DNA of 64,000 bases, taken from assembly GCF_048418815.1 (NCBI RefSeq), contig NC_133154.1, forward strand, positions 260,043 through 324,042, read 5' to 3'. The first letter of the stretch is position 1. The number at the start of each line of letters is the position of its first letter. This document shows, piece by piece, positions 12,190 to 25,190 of the stretch. This stretch comes from Hemitrygon akajei (taxonomy: Eukaryota). The notes beneath the pieces are model-generated. The model did not search any database. It was not told the DNA's origin and saw only the letters and a program-made list of their open reading frames with translations. The position numbers were made by a program, and so were the translations under genes.

Positions 12190-12940
12190 ATACAGGTCCT
12201 TTGGCCCACAATGCTGTGCCAAAGATGTACTTTAGAAATTATCTAGGGTTACCCATATCCCTCTGTTTTTCTAAGCTCCATGTACCTATCCAAAAGCCTC
12301 TTAAAAGACCCTATTGCATCCACCATCGCTGGCAGCCCATTCCACGCACTCACCGCTCTCTGCGTAAAAATCTCACCCGACATCTCCTCTGTACCTACTT
12401 CCAAACACCTTAAAACTATGCCCTCTTGTGCTAGCCATTACAGCCCTGGGGAAAAGCCTCTGATTCTCCACACAATCAATGCCTCTCATCATCTTATACA
12501 CCTCTATCAGGTCACCTCTCATCCTCCACCACTTCAAGGAGAAAAGGCCGAGTTCACTCAACTTATTCTCATAAGGCATGCTCCCCAATCCAGGCAACAT
12601 CCTTGTAAATCTCCTCTGAACCCTTTCTATGGCTTCAACATCCTTCCTGTAGTGAGGCGACCAAAACTGAGCACAGTACTCCAAATGGGGTCTGACCAGG
12701 GTCCTATTTAGCTGTAACATTACCTCTCGACTCCTAAACTCAATCCCACGGTTGATGAAGGCCAATGCATCGTATGCCTTCTTAACCATACAGTCAACCT
12801 GCACAGCAGCTTTGGGTGTCCTACGGACTTGGACCCCAAGATCGCTCTTATCATCCACACTGCCAAAAGTCTTACCATTAACACTATATTCTGCCATCAT
12901 ATTTGACCTACCAAAATGTACCACCTCACACTTATCTGGG
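12190..12940 (-). mobile_element. CR1-like LINE 3' portion (~750 bp)
   Basis: Minus ORF 12373-13317 contains WQMEF-like ...CEVVHFGRSNMMAEYSVNGKTFGSVDDKSDLGVQVRRT...[56 protein letters not shown]...RGDLIEVYKMMRGID. Confidence 0.7.
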
Positions 12941-15140
12941 TTAATAGGGCAAGGAGAGGAAATAAGGGGGAGAAGGAAAGGCAGAGAAGGGGAGATGGAG
13001 AGAGAGTGAGGGAGAGGAAAGGAATGGGAGGAAAGGGTGAGGGAGATATGTACTAGGGAGAGAGGGCAAAGGGAAAGGGAAGCTGGAGAGAAGGGGTAGG
13101 GGAGGGACAGAGGAAGGGGAAGGAAAGGGGAGTAGGAGAGAGGAGTAAAGGAAGTGGGAGAGGGAGAGATGGGGAAAGGAAAGGGAGGGGGGAAGGGAAG
13201 AGCGAGGGGGAATAGAAGTGGAGGGGGAGAGATGGGCCGGTAAAGGCAAGAGGGGAAGAGAAAGGGAGAGGGGAAGGGAGAGAGGGGGTGAAAGGGGAGA
13301 GTTATGCAAGGACACATGGAAAAAGATGGGGAGCTTGGGATAGAAAGCTAAAAAGGCACTGGAAGATGTCACAAAGAATCAGAAAGAGTCAAATGAATCG
13401 GGGATGGATAGAGGGAGAGATGAGGGAGATGGATGGAGGGAGAGATGGGGAGATGGATGGACAGGTGGGGAGGTGGATGGATGGAGGGAGAGGTGGAGAT
13501 GGATGGAGGGAGAGGTGAGGGATATGGATGGAGGGAGAGATGGGGAGCTGGACGGAGTGAAAGGTGGGAGGATGGATGGAGGGAGGGAGAGGTGGGGGGA
13601 TGGATGGATGGATGGTGGGTGAGGTGAGGAGATGGAATGAGGGAGAGGTGGGAGATGGATGGAGGGAGAGGTGGGAGATGGATGGAGGGAGAGGTGGGGG
13701 AATGGATGGAGGGAGAGGTGGGGGAATGGATGGAGGGAGAGGTGGGGGAATGGATGGAGGGAGGTTGAGGTGTGGAGATGGATGGAGGGAAAGTTGGATG
13801 AAGGGAGAGATGGCATAAACAGATGGGTAGAGAAAGGGGTGGGAGAATGGAGGAGACAATGGTGAGACAACATCTTGGCAGCCAGTCGGACAGAGAACAA
13901 GGAAATCGGTGGGAGATTTGAAGGTTTTTATAGATACAAGAACTTTACAGCAGTTTTTAAACAACCTGTGTACAGTATTTCACACAGTCTCACACCATTC
14001 CACCTCCCAGGACACTCCCCTTTCCCTCTCCCCTCACCAGGGCATTCTCCTCTCCACTCACTGGGACCTTCCCCTCATCCTCTCCCACCATGGAAGAGGC
14101 TGTGGGAGGGGAGGGTGGCAACCTAGGGATCTGGCTCACTCTGTGGAGGAGGGTGAATTGTTTTCAAGACCCTCTCCACTCCCCTACCCACCTATATGAG
14201 CCCATTCCTCCACAGTGGTCCAGTTTAGTATAGAGTTAGGGAGAGAGGGAGAGGGAAGTGGTATAAGAGAAGGAAATATCCAATATTCTGAATCCAACTC
14301 TTACTCCCTCCCACTACCCCAGCACTCTGTGAGGGACCGTGGGGGTGTGAAGGTACGCTGGCAAGAGTCTGAGGTCCCAGCATCCGACCTACGCCCAACC
14401 CCACAGGTAATAAATAATCAATAAATAGGATAAAATATTTACAGCAACATTGGCCCCAAAAGTGCAGAGAAATGGGGCAGAAAATAAATAAATATGGTGT
14501 GGGGTGGTGGAGGCAACAAGACCAGTGACAAACCCCAACACTCACCCTCCCGCTCCATCTGGTGTGTGTGTGTGCGTGCGCGCATGCGTGTGTGAGTGTG
14601 TGTGTGTGTATATGCACGCATAAGTGTGGTGTATCTGACCTGTGCACGGGAGGGGGGGGGGTTATATCTTTTCTACCTGTCATCCAGTTCTCTATCCCTT
14701 CTTCCTACTCTCTCCTCCCCTTTCCTCCCCATCTCTCTGTCTCTCTTCCCACTTTTCTCCTTGTTCTTCCTCCTTCCTCTTACTTCCCTTTCCACCCTGC
14801 TCTCCCCTCTCCCCTTTACCCTCTGTCCTGAATCCTGCAACCCTACCTATAAACACCTCCAATCTCCAGTGTCAGCTACCCTTCGATTTCCCCACATCTT
14901 CCTCCTCTCTCCCAATCAGCCTCTCTATACAAACTTCCCTAAAACCCTCAGGAGGAAGCAGGAATTCTGAGACAGCCCCTCCTGCTGTCCTTAAACCTCT
15001 GCGAAGGGAGGGGTTAAGAGGGAGGGGAGGGGGAAGGAGAGAGAGGGGGAATGGAGTGAGGGTAGTTGGGGGAGAGGAAGACAGAGATAGGAGAGAGGGG
15101 AGGGAGAGAGAGAAGAGGATGGAGAGGAAAAGGGAGGGTG
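12940..15140. repeat. GA/CT-rich low-complexity region including a ~24-bp minisatellite (13380-13830, ggatggagggagaggtggggga-like) and an imperfect (GT/GC)n microsatellite (14551-14640)
   Basis: Direct inspection of periodicity. Many long Pro/Ser/Gly/Glu-rich artefactual ORFs. Confidence 0.6.
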
Positions 15141-15378
15141 AAAGCCCACCCCTCTGCCCTCATGCCTCAGGAGATCTCACCCCTCCTTGTTCGTTCAGGC
15201 TGACCCCTACTTCTCGATGCTGGAGGGGGAAGGTCAGGAGAAGGAGAAGGAGGGGAAAGGGGGCTGAAGGACAAGGAGTTTGACAATTACAGGAAGAGGT
15301 GAGGGGCAGGAGAGTGGGTAAGGAGGATTAGGATGGGTTGAGGATTGGGAGCGGGGGAAGGAGGAGCGAGGGTGATGA

Positions 15379-15714
15379 TTAGGAGGGGGGTGGGGTGGTG
15401 GGGGGAGGTGGCTGGAGTAGGGGGGGTCCAGGGGCCCAGCCATTGAGCTGCGGGCGCCCAGAGCGACCCCGGCGGAACAGGCGCAGTGCTCCCCGGCAGA
15501 TGAGAGCAAACCAGTAGAGCTGGGGGGCCATCAGGGTGAGGGCAGCCAGATTGACGTGGAACGGAAGTTCTAGGGGCACGCGGTGGAGAGGCAGCCCCGT
15601 GTGCTGCCCATATGCCCAGTACAGGTACGGGAAGAGGGCTACTCGGCAGGCGAAGAACGTCAGCAGCATCAGGATGCCATTCAGCTTGTGCAGGAGGGTG
15701 TGCTGCTGTCTGTA
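15379..15714 (-). CDS. TLCD3B: TLCD3B-like last coding exon (includes stop 15379-15381)
   Basis: Acceptor ccccactacag|TAC. Encodes [89 protein letters not shown], then a Pro-rich tail and stop. Human: [86 protein letters not shown]. Confidence 0.85.
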   Translation of the reverse strand, partial: [111 protein letters not shown]

Positions 15715-16439
15715 CTGTAGTGGGGTGGGGCAGGAGAGAGAGAGAGAGAGAGAGGGGTCAGTGTGCTCATACAGAGACAATCTTGCTTAAACATGAATAA
15801 ATGTGCACAACTAACTGCGCTCAGACGTATGCCACTAACCAAATGAGCAACAATGCTCAAGTTAGTTGTACTCATATACAAGTGACTGCACTCAATCACA
15901 AGTCACTCACCAACGCAGAAAACTAGCCTCTTGGTAAATGTATGACCTCCAACAAGTGCACACTAGTGCACTCACACATACACAATCACTCTTAAACACA
16001 TGCGGCCACTCTCAAATTCACAGCACCATTTTGTAAATGTAAGCAACTACACTCAAACATGGACAGCTGCTCTCAGACACACACAAGACCAATGGCTCCT
16101 AAACACCAGTCACTGACCTCAGACGTAAGCAACGATTTTGAACTGCAGGATTCCCTATCAAAGACCACTCACATGGGCAAAGATACCCCTAAATGCCTCA
16201 GATTGGGGAGGGGGTTGCAGGAGGAAGTCAAATATCTCATATCCAAGTATTTTTGGGTGTGGGTGGTGAGGGGAAACAGGGAGGGATCAGTTGGGCCATG
16301 GTGGGGGAATGGGGAGTGTGCACAGGATGACAGAGTAGACAGAGAGGCTTGGTCCAACCATATAGACATCATGCCCAGAAAGCTCACCAGCACTTCTAAT
16401 TCCCCAGGAGGCTAAACACACTTTACATATCCCCATTGA

Positions 16440-16570
16440 ACCTCACCAATTCCACAGAGAGCATCCTGTCCAGATGCATCACAGCTTGGTCTGGGAACCC
16501 GTGACCACAAGAAACAGCAGAATTGTGGACACAGTCAGCACATCACAGGAACCAGCCTCCCCTCTATGGA
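16440..16570 (+). mobile_element. L2-type LINE 3' fragment
   Basis: Plus translation ESILSRCITAWSGNP...TAELWTQSAHHRNQPPLY resembles the L2 ORF2 C-terminal conserved block (ESILT.CITVWYGN....R..LQRVV..A..I). Confidence 0.4.
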
Positions 16571-19240
16571 CCCTATCTACACTTCCCACTGCCACTTAAA
16601 CTGACAACTCCTATTGATTTGTACTTGGAACATAGCCCTCCACACCGCTATCTATCCAAAACTCTTAAATGTTGAAATCAATTGTCCATGCACTACTTGC
16701 ATTGGCAGCTCATTCCACTCTCATGACCCTCTGAGTGAAGGGGTTTCCCCTCATGTTCTCCTTAAGCTTTTTACCTTTCACACTTAACCCATGACCTCTG
16801 ATTGTAGTCCCACCCGACCCCAGTTGAAAAAGCCTATATTCCTCATAATTTTGTATATCTCTATCAAATCTCCTCTCAATCTTCTACTTTCGAAGGAATA
16901 AAGTCCTAACCTATTCGATCTTTACTTATAACTCAGGTCCTCCAGTCACAGCAATATCTATAAGACCATAAAATATAGGAACAGAAGTAGGCCATTCACC
17001 CCATAGTGTCTGCTCCGCCGTTCAATTATCAGCTGATCCAATTCTTCCAGTCATCCCCACTCCCCCGCCTTCTCCCCATACCCTTTGATATCCCGGCTAA
17101 TTAAGAACCAATCTATCCCTTCCTTAAATACTGTACACCCAATGACTTGGCCTCCACAGCTGTTTGTGGGAACAAATTCCACAGATTTACCACCCTCTGA
17201 CTAAAGTTATTTCTCTGCATCTCTGTTCTAAATGGACGCCCTTCAATCCTGAATTTGCGCCCTCTTGTTCTTGACTCCTCTAACATGGGGAATAACTTTG
17301 CCATATCTAATCTGTTCAGGCCTTTTAACATTCGGAATGTTTCTATGAGATTCCCCCCTCATTCTCCTGAACTCCTGGGAATACAGTCCAAGAGCTGCCA
17401 GACGTTCATCATACAGTAACCCTTTCATTCCTGGAATCATTCTCATGAATTTTCTCTGTACCTTCTCCAATGTCAGTGTATCCTTTCTAAAATAAGGAAC
17501 CCAAAACTGCACGCTATACTCCAAGTGTGGTCTCACGAATGCCTCATAGAGCCTCAACATCACATCCCTGCTCTTACAGTCTATACCTCTAGAGATGAAC
17601 GCCAACATTGCATTCGCCTTCTTCACCACTGACTCATCCTGGATGTTAACCTTTAGGGTATCCTGCACAAGGACTCCCAAGTCCCTTTGCATCTCTGCAT
17701 TTTGAATTCTCTCCCCATCTAAATAATAGTCTGCCCGTTTATTTATTCCATGAAAGTGCATGACCATAACTTTCCAACATTGTATTTCATTTGCCATTTT
17801 TTTGCCCATTCCCCTAAGCTATCTAAATCTCTCTGCAGGCTCTCTGTTTCCTCAACACTATCTGCTCCTCCACCTATCTTTGTATCATCGGCAAATTTAA
17901 CCACAATTCTATTAATCCCATAGTCCAAATCAGTGACATACATCGTAAAAAGCAGCGGTCCCAACTCCGACCTCTGTGGAACTCCACTGGTAACAGGCAG
18001 CCATCAGAATAGGATCCCTTTCTTCCCACTCTTGTTTTCTGCCGATCAGTCAATACTCTACCCATGCTAGTAACTTCCCTGTAATTCCATGGGCTCTTAT
18101 TTTGCTAAGCAGCCTCATGTGTGGCACCTTGTCAAAGGCTTTCTGAAAATCCAAGTACACCACTTCTACTGCATCTCCTTTGTCTACTCTGCTTGTAATT
18201 TCCTCAAAAAATTGCAGAAAGTTAGTCAGGCAGAATTTTCCTTTCAGAAAATCATGCTGGCCAAATTTGGCCTATCTAGTCATGTGCCTCCAGGTACTCC
18301 GTAACCTCATCCCTAACAATCGATTCCGACAACTTCCCAACCACTGATGTCAGGGTAACAGGTCTATAGTTTCCTTTCTGCTGCCTCCCACCCTTCTTAA
18401 ATAGCAGAGTAACATTTGCAATTTTTCAGTCATCCGGTACAATGCCAGAATCTGTCAATTCTTGAAAGATCATTATTAATTCCTCCGCAATCTCTCCAGC
18501 TACTTCCTTCAGAACCCAAGGGTGCATTCCATCAGGTCCAGGAGATTTATCCGCCCTCAGACCATTAAGCTTCCTGAGCACCTTCTTAGTCGTAATTTTC
18601 ACTGCAAAATTTCACTTCCCTGACACTCTTGAATGTCTGGTATACTGCAGATGTCTTTCACTGTGAAGACTGATACAAAATACGCAGTCAGTTCCTCTGC
18701 CATCTCTGTATCTCTCATTAACATCTCCACTGTCATTTTCTATTAGTCCTATATCTACCCTCAATTCTTTTACCCCTTATACAGTATACTTAAAAAAGCT
18801 TTTAGTATCTTTTTGATATTAGTCACCAGCTTCTTTTCATAACTCATCTTTTCCTTCCTATTGACCTTCTTAGTTTCCTTCTGCAAGTTTTTAAAAGCTT
18901 CCCAATCCTCTATCTTCCGACTAGCTTTGGTTTCCTTGCATGCCCTCTCTTTTGCTTTTACTTTGGCTCTGACTTCACTTGTCAGCTACAGTAGTGTCCT
19001 TTTTCTATTTGAAAATTTCTTCTTATTTGGAATATATCTGTCTTGCACTTCCCTCATTTTTTGCCAAAACTCCAGCCATTGCTGCTTTGCTGTCGTTCCT
19101 ACAAGCGTCCCTTTCCAGTCAACCTTGGCCAGTTCCCCTCTCATGCCATTGTCACTTCCTTTATTCCACTGAAATACTGACATATTGGAATTTAGTTTCT
19201 CCTTCTCAAATTTCAAAGTGAACTCAATCAAATTATGATT
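16570..19240 (-). mobile_element. CR1-like LINE, about 2.7 kb (endonuclease domain C-terminus, linker, RT, 3' end); pseudogene
   Basis: Minus ORFs 17243-17809 (188 aa: ...RDLGVLVQDTLK..AFISRGIDCKSRDVMLRLYEAFVRPHLEYSVQFWVPYFRKD...) and 17743-17964 (VVKFADDTKIGG...LQRDLDSLGEWAKKWQMKYNVGK). Antisense RT N-terminus at 18100-18560 and linker at 18986-19231 (FEKEKLNSN...). Confidence 0.7.
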
Positions 19241-19269
19241 ACTATACGTAAATTTCTCTGCACTCTTTT

Positions 19270-19800
19270 AAACCTAATTTACAGTTTTCTGGTAGGTAGG
19301 TGGCCAAACCTGCACACAATAACAAAGAAGAGAAAATATGCAGATGCTGGAAATCTTTCCAACCAACATCCCATGCAGGACCTTGTCAAGGGCCTTGCTA
19401 AAGTCCAAATAACACCTACTTCCTTCCTTCATCCAGTTTCCTGGTAACGTTTTTCAAAAACTCTCTAAGACTGGTTAGACACAACCTACCACGCACAAAG
19501 CCATGCTGACTATCTCTAATTAGTCCATATTTATCAAAATACTTATATATCTGGTCCCTTAATTACCTTCCAACAACTTTCCCATTATTGGTGTCAGGCT
19601 CAGCAGCCTATAATTTCCTGGTTTATTTATAGAGCTTTTCTTAAACAGTGGAACAACATTAGCTATCCTCCAATTCTCCAGTACCTCATTTGACACTAAG
19701 GATGATTTAAATATTTCTGCTAGGGCCCAGCAAATTCTGCACTTTCCTACCACAGGGTCCAAGGGAACACCTCGGACCCTGTGGGTTGTCAGGAATCTTT
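19270..19800 (-). mobile_element. CR1-like LINE RT N-terminal fragment
   Basis: Minus ORF 19559-19762: ...AEIFKSSLVSNEVLENWRIANVVPLFKKSSINKPGNYRLLSLTPIMGKLLE. Confidence 0.55.
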
Positions 19801-20039
19801 TAATCCGTAAATACGTTCTTGTGTGTGACTGTTGGTAATAGGTTTTAGCACCTTGACCCCTGAAGAATGCTGTCTCACTTGGCTGTATTCATGGGTTAGG
19901 GTTGAATGACAATTAAACTTTAATTGAATTGAATTGAACCTTGTCTAAAAGATAGGGAAGGGGGAGAAGAGGGGTTGGCAGAGAAGGGGACCAAACACAA
20001 AAAGAGACAAATTTAGCAGCAATGTATTTGGCCGAAGGA

Positions 20040-21165
20040 TGCTGTTTATTAGACCATAAGACTTAGCAGAAGAATTAGGCCATTCCATCATGGCTGATCC
20101 CAGATCCCTCTCAACCCCATAAACCTTATCCTTTTAAGCTCTTTGAAGATCAGGAAACTATTAACTTCTGCCTTAAATATACCCACAGACTTGGCCTCCA
20201 CTGCAGTCTGTGGCAGAGCATTCCACAGATTCACTAATCTCTGGCTAAAAAAATTCCTCATTTCCTCTGTCCATGCCCCTTTCCTGTGACACCATAGGAT
20301 TTCATCTTGTTAAATGAACTCAAGTGTGGCACCTTATCAAATACCTTCTGAAAATCCAAGTAAATGACATCCACTGTCTCTCCTTTGTCCACCCTACTTG
20401 TGTGTTCCTCAAAGAGCTCTGACAGTTTTGTCAGACAAGATTTCCCTTTACAGAAACCATGCTGACTTTGACTTTTTTATCATTAGTTTCCAAGTAGCCT
20501 GAAACCTCATTCTCAATAACAGACACCAACACTTTCCCAACCATTGAGGTTAGGCTACTGGCCTGTAACTTCCTTTCTTTTGCCTTCCACCCTTCTTAAA
20601 GAGTGGAGTGGAAGTGACATTTGCAAACTTCCAGTTCTCCGGGACCATGCCAGAATCAAGTGATTCTTGAAAGATCATGACCAATGCATTCGTTATCTCT
20701 TCAACAACCTCTCAGGCCTCTGGGATGTCATCCAACTGGCCCAGGTGACTTATCCACCTTAAGACCTTTCAGTTTGCCTAGCACTTTTTCCTTTTTCCTG
20801 GCACTCACAGACCTCTGGCACATTGCTAGTGTCTTCCACAATGAAGACAGCAAGTACTCATCAAGTTCACCTGCCATTTCTTTGTCCCCCATTACTACCT
20901 CAGCAGCATCATTTTCCAGTGGTCCAATATCAACTCTCACCTCCTTTCTATTCTTGATATAACTGAAAAATCTTTTGGTATTATTGGCTAGTTTGCCAAT
21001 TATTTCATCTTTTCCCTTCTTATAGCTTTTTAGTTGCCTTTTGTTGGATTTTAAAAGCTTCTCAATCATCCAATTTCCCACTCTATTTTGTTACCTTATA
21101 TGCCCTTTCCTTGGCTTTTATGCAGTCCTTAACTTCCCTTGTTAGCCATGGTTGCCTACCGCTGA
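20040..21165 (-). mobile_element. CR1-like LINE with internal deletions (tail, RT N-terminus, linker); 5' truncation point about 27 bp from the TLCD3B exon-4 splice donor
   Basis: Minus ORF 20728-21081 (...IGPLENDAAEVVMGDKEMAGELDEY...GLKVDKSPGPVG). Nucleotide identity to 29090-29400 runs up to ~21162. Confidence 0.6.
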
Positions 21166-21192
21166 ACACAGAGTTCAGACACCGTGACTCAC

Positions 21193-21288
21193 CTGAATCA
21201 ACACTTTCCCTAGACAGACGAAGGGTGTGCTGACCTCGGCCAGAAAGAGGCAGCCAACAAAGTAGTCTCCACGTCCATCCCGTAGAAA
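21193..21288 (-). CDS. TLCD3B: TLCD3B-like coding exon 4
   Basis: 96 nt, phase 0. Acceptor ctattctcttccag|T and donor CAG|gtgagt. Encodes [32 protein letters not shown] versus human [32 protein letters not shown]. Confidence 0.85.
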
Positions 21289-21539
21289 CTGGAAGAGAAT
21301 AGGAGCAATGGTGAGACCAGCCATCTCAGGGGAATGCAAGGTCAATCCCAATCTCTCCCACCGCTATCTGCATGGAGCTTGCATGCTCTTCCTGTCACTG
21401 GGTGGGTTCCTGTTCCCTCTCACTTCCCAATGATCAGACCACCACCCCCTGCCCCAGGAGGCCTCAATGGGACAAATGGCCTCTGTCTGATAATGTCCAA
21501 TGAAACACAAGATAAATGGATGGGCTGAATGTTGTTTGG

Positions 21540-21960
21540 GATGAGAGACAGGAAGTAGAGAGGGAGGCAAAGAGAAGGGTGAGAGTTGGAAGAGGGGGAG
21601 AGGAGAGAGGGAATAGAGAGGGAGGCAGAAAGATGGGAAGGAAGAGAAGGGAAAAGTGGGAGAGAAGGGATAGAGGGGAGAAGGAGGAAGGGAAAGAGGT
21701 AAGTGAGAAAAGGGAGAAAAGATGTGGCAAAGAGGGAGGCAGAGAGATGGACAGAGAGAAGAGGGAGGGGAAAGGGGAAGAGGAGGGTAAACAGGAGGAA
21801 GTGGAGAAAAGTGGGGAGGGAAGGAGATGGGGAGCGTGGGGAGAGGGCAGAGAGAGGGGGATGATGGTAAAGTAAAAGAGTGAGGGGGAGGGACAAAGCA
21901 GAGAGAAGGAGGAGAGTGGTGGGGGGGAAGAATGTGATTGGGTGGGAGTGTGATTAGTGT
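21540..21960. repeat. GA-rich low-complexity tract inside intron 3 (pyrimidine-rich on the gene's sense strand)
   Basis: Direct inspection (gagagggaggcaaagagaagggtgagag...). Confidence 0.6.
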
Positions 21961-22103
21961 GGAGTCGATGAGACTGGGTTCACTGTTCAGCCACGTGTGT
22001 GATGTACGCTGTGTTAATGTGTTATACATTACTGTGTATGCTGTACACTGTACAATATTGTGTACGCTGTGTCTCTGTGTGGCGCTGACCTGGTAGAACT
22101 CAC

Positions 22104-22320
22104 CACAGAGACGGGGAAGCAGACGGTGAACATTACACTGTGATGAATGACCATAAGGAGGTCCTTCCTCAGGTAGGAGCGCAGAACATTGACGCAGGCT
22201 TCCTGCTCCACCCCATGCCCTTTCACGCGGGTCCTGTGCCAGTGGCAGAGGTACATGGCATAGATATCATAGGCAAAGTAGGGAACCGCAAACAGCACAT
22301 AGGTGTTGGTCAGCCAGTGC
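22104..22320 (-). CDS. TLCD3B: TLCD3B-like coding exon 3 (TLC-domain core)
   Basis: Acceptor tttctatgtttccag|G and donor GTG|gtgagt. Encodes (R)HWLTNTYVLFAVPYFAYDIYAMYLCHWHRTRVKGHGVEQEACVNVLRSYLRKDLLMVIHHSVMFTVCFPVSV, matching human QHWLSSAYTQFAVPYFIYDIYAMFLCHWHKHQVKGHG...FLMVLHHAAMVLVCFPLSV (conserved D and HH of the TLC domain). Confidence 0.85.
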
Positions 22321-22384
22321 CTGGAAACATAGAAATGGGTCAGTTCTGCATACAGAGATGTCAGGTACCATACACAGTGTACCT

Positions 22385-23220
22385 TTGTCCACCGAGGTCC
22401 TTCTGTCCCTCTACATTCCCTACCATTCACATTGTGTGTCCTACCCTTGAACACCAAGTTCCCTCTATCCCTCGACACTCTCCACTATTCACAGCGTGTG
22501 TCCTACCCTTTTATACCAAGGTCCTTTTGTCCTCATCACTCCCCAACATTCACTATGGTGTCCTATCCTTCTACGCTGGTGTCTGTCCCTCAACATTCCC
22601 AACCATTCATGGTGTTTGTCCTACACTTGTGCATTGAGGTTCCTCTGTTCCTCAACACTCCCCATCATTCATGGTGTGTGTCCTACCCTTGTACACCAAG
22701 GTCCCTCTGTCCCTTGACGTTCTCCACAATTCACACTGTTTCCTACCCTTGTACACCAAGGTACCCCCCCCCGTCCCTCGACACTCACCACCATTCATGG
22801 GGTGTGTCCCACCCTGTACACCAAGATCCCTCTGTCCCTCAGCACTCCCCACTATTCACAGCATGTGTCCTACCCTTTTATACCAAAGTCCTTTTGTCCC
22901 TCGTCATGCCCCAACATTCACAGTGTGTGTCCTACCCTTCTACACTGGTGTCTGTTTGTCACTCAACACTCAACAACCATTCACAATGTTTGTCCTACAC
23001 TGTTCCTCAACACTCCCCATCATTCACGGTGTGTGCCTTAGCCTTGTAGACCAAAGTCCCGCTATCCATTGACACTACCCACTATTCATGGTGTGTATCC
23101 TACCCTTGCACACCAAGGTCCCTCTGACCTTCTGCACTCCCTACCATTCATGGTGCATGTCCTACCTTGTACACTGAGGTCTCTTTGTTCCCCAACACTC
23201 CTTAGGATCCCACTATTCAC
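22385..23220 (-). repeat. 61-bp satellite array, inverted relative to the 5500-8995 array (~14 units); starts about 65 bp upstream of the TLCD3B exon-3 acceptor
   Basis: Plus-strand units (...tccctctgtccctcgacactctccactattcacagcgtgtgtcctacccttgtacaccaag) are the reverse complement of the 5.5-9.0 kb consensus. Confidence 0.8.
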
Positions 23221-23512
23221 ATAGGCAGGAGGGATTTACAGTGGGAACTGGTGTGGGAGATTATCACTGAGGTATAAAACCATTTGCAGTCAGTTCAGAT
23301 AGTGGCAGGATCACATAGTGATCCCAGTCACTAAGGTTTAATCCCACGGGACAGGGGTAGCTGAGCTGAATTCCTAACAGGTCTGCTATTCCTGTAACTT
23401 AACCAGCCCGACATCCTACACCCTGAGCAGTCCCTAATTACAGACTAGGGTAACCTCGCAACACAGGCTGGAGTGAAACACAACCCTCAGTGTGGAAACA
23501 CTAGCACAAGAA

Positions 23513-23670
23513 TCTAGGCCAGCCTGCCAGCTGCAAGGGAGAAAGGGGTGTTCTGGCTGCCAGCAAAACCCAGGCTCCTTGGGGAGAGAGGAGGGGATTT
23601 AGGCCAGCTTGCCAGCTGTGAGGGACAGAGGGGTGTTCTGGCTGCCAGCAAAACCCAGGCTCCTTGGGGA
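23513..23670. repeat. ~72-bp tandem duplication in otherwise unique intronic sequence
   Basis: ccagc.tgccagctg.aagggagaaaggggtgttctggctgccagcaaaacccaggctccttggggagagaggaggg occurs twice in tandem. Confidence 0.5.
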
Positions 23671-23879
23671 GAGAGGAGGGAATGGGGACACATTTAATAG
23701 ATGATATGTGGATCAGAGTTATTGATGGAGCAGGAGCAGTGTAGACTGGATCCAGATTAGAGGGAGTTAGTGAAAAGGGTTGTGAGATGGCAGAGGGAGT
23801 CACATCCCAAGAGAAGAGATGCGTGTTGGGAGTGTTAATGAGGCTGGGACACATCATGAATGATGCTGAGTATCAACCA

Positions 23880-25190
23880 GAAGACCAGAAGACACTGAAG
23901 TACAATTAAGCCATTTGGCCCATCAAGTCTGTCTGCTATTCCATCATGGCTGATTCATTATCGCTCTTTAACCCCATTCTCCTGCCTTCTCCCGATGATG
24001 CCCTGATTAACCAAGAGCATACAAACTTTCACTTTAAATATACCCAATGACCTGGCCTCCATAGCTGTCTGTGGCAATGAATTCAACAGATTCACCACCC
24101 TCTAACTAAAGAAATTCGTCTAAATCTATGTTCTAAAAAGATTCTGAAGCTGTGCCCTCTGGCCCTGGACTCCCCACTATAGGAAACTTTCTCATCACAT
24201 GTACTCTATCTAGGCCCTTTATATATCCGATAGGTTTCAGTGACATTCCGCTTCCCCTTCATTCTCCTAAACAAGCGCAGACCAGATTAATGTATGCTCC
24301 TCATACATTAATCCTTTCATTCCTGGAATCATTCTCAAGAACTTGCTCTGGGCCCTCTCCAATGTCAGCATATCCTTTCTTAGATTAGGGGCTCAATCTG
24401 CTCACAGTACTCCAAGTGCGGCAGTACACCACTGCCTTATAAAGCCTCAGCGTTACATCCTTGCTAGTCAACCTTTAGGATTCTTAACCTTCAGGATTTT
24501 AGGAAATCCTGCATGAGGACTCCCAAGTCCCTTTGCACCTCAGATTTTTGAATTTCTCCCCATTTAGAAAACAGTCTATGTTTTATTCCTTCTACCAAAG
24601 TGCATGACCATACACTTGCCTTCACTCTATTCCATCTGCCACTTTTTTGCCCATTTCCTAACTTGCCCAAGTTCTCCTGTTGACTCTGCTTCCTCAACAC
24701 TACCTGCCCCTTTCTGTATCTCTGTTTCAACAGCACACTTAGCCATAAAGCAATCAATTGTTATTGAAATCATTGACATTTAATGTGCCAGTGTTTCCAA
24801 CACCGATCCCTGCAGTACACCATTAGTCCGCCAGCATTCAACCAGAAAAGACCCCTTTATTCCCACAGCTTGCCTCCTGCCAGTCAGCCAAACTTCTGTC
24901 CATGCTAGTAACTTTTCTGTAATACCATGGGCTCTTATCTTGGTTAACAACCACATGTACGGCACCCCTGACTCTCCTTTGTCTATCTTACCTGGTATTT
25001 CCTCAAAGAATTCCAACAGATTTGTCAGGCAAGATTTCCCCTCGAGGAAATCATGCTTACTTCGCCTTATTTAATTATGTGCCTCTAAGTACCTCAAAAC
25101 CTTTTTCTTAATAATGGTCTCCAACATTTTACCAACCACTGCAGTCAGGCTAACCAGCCTATAATTTCCTGTCTTTTTCCTCTCTACACC
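23880..25190 (-). mobile_element. CR1-like LINE, internally deleted (3' tail to RT N-terminus)
   Basis: Antisense CR1 sequence (tail ...acctggcctccatagctgtctgtggcaatgaattcaacagattcacc...). Minus ORFs 24491-24757 and 24780-25016 (GKIDKGESGVPYMWLLTKIRAHGITEKLLAWTEVWLTGRRQAVGIKGSF). Confidence 0.55.

Noticed and set aside
15536-15800. Plus-strand ORFs 15536-15790 and 15612-15800 overlapping the TLCD3B last exon
   Set aside because: Antisense to a well-supported conserved exon, with an Arg/Gly/Cys-rich artefactual composition from a GC-rich region.
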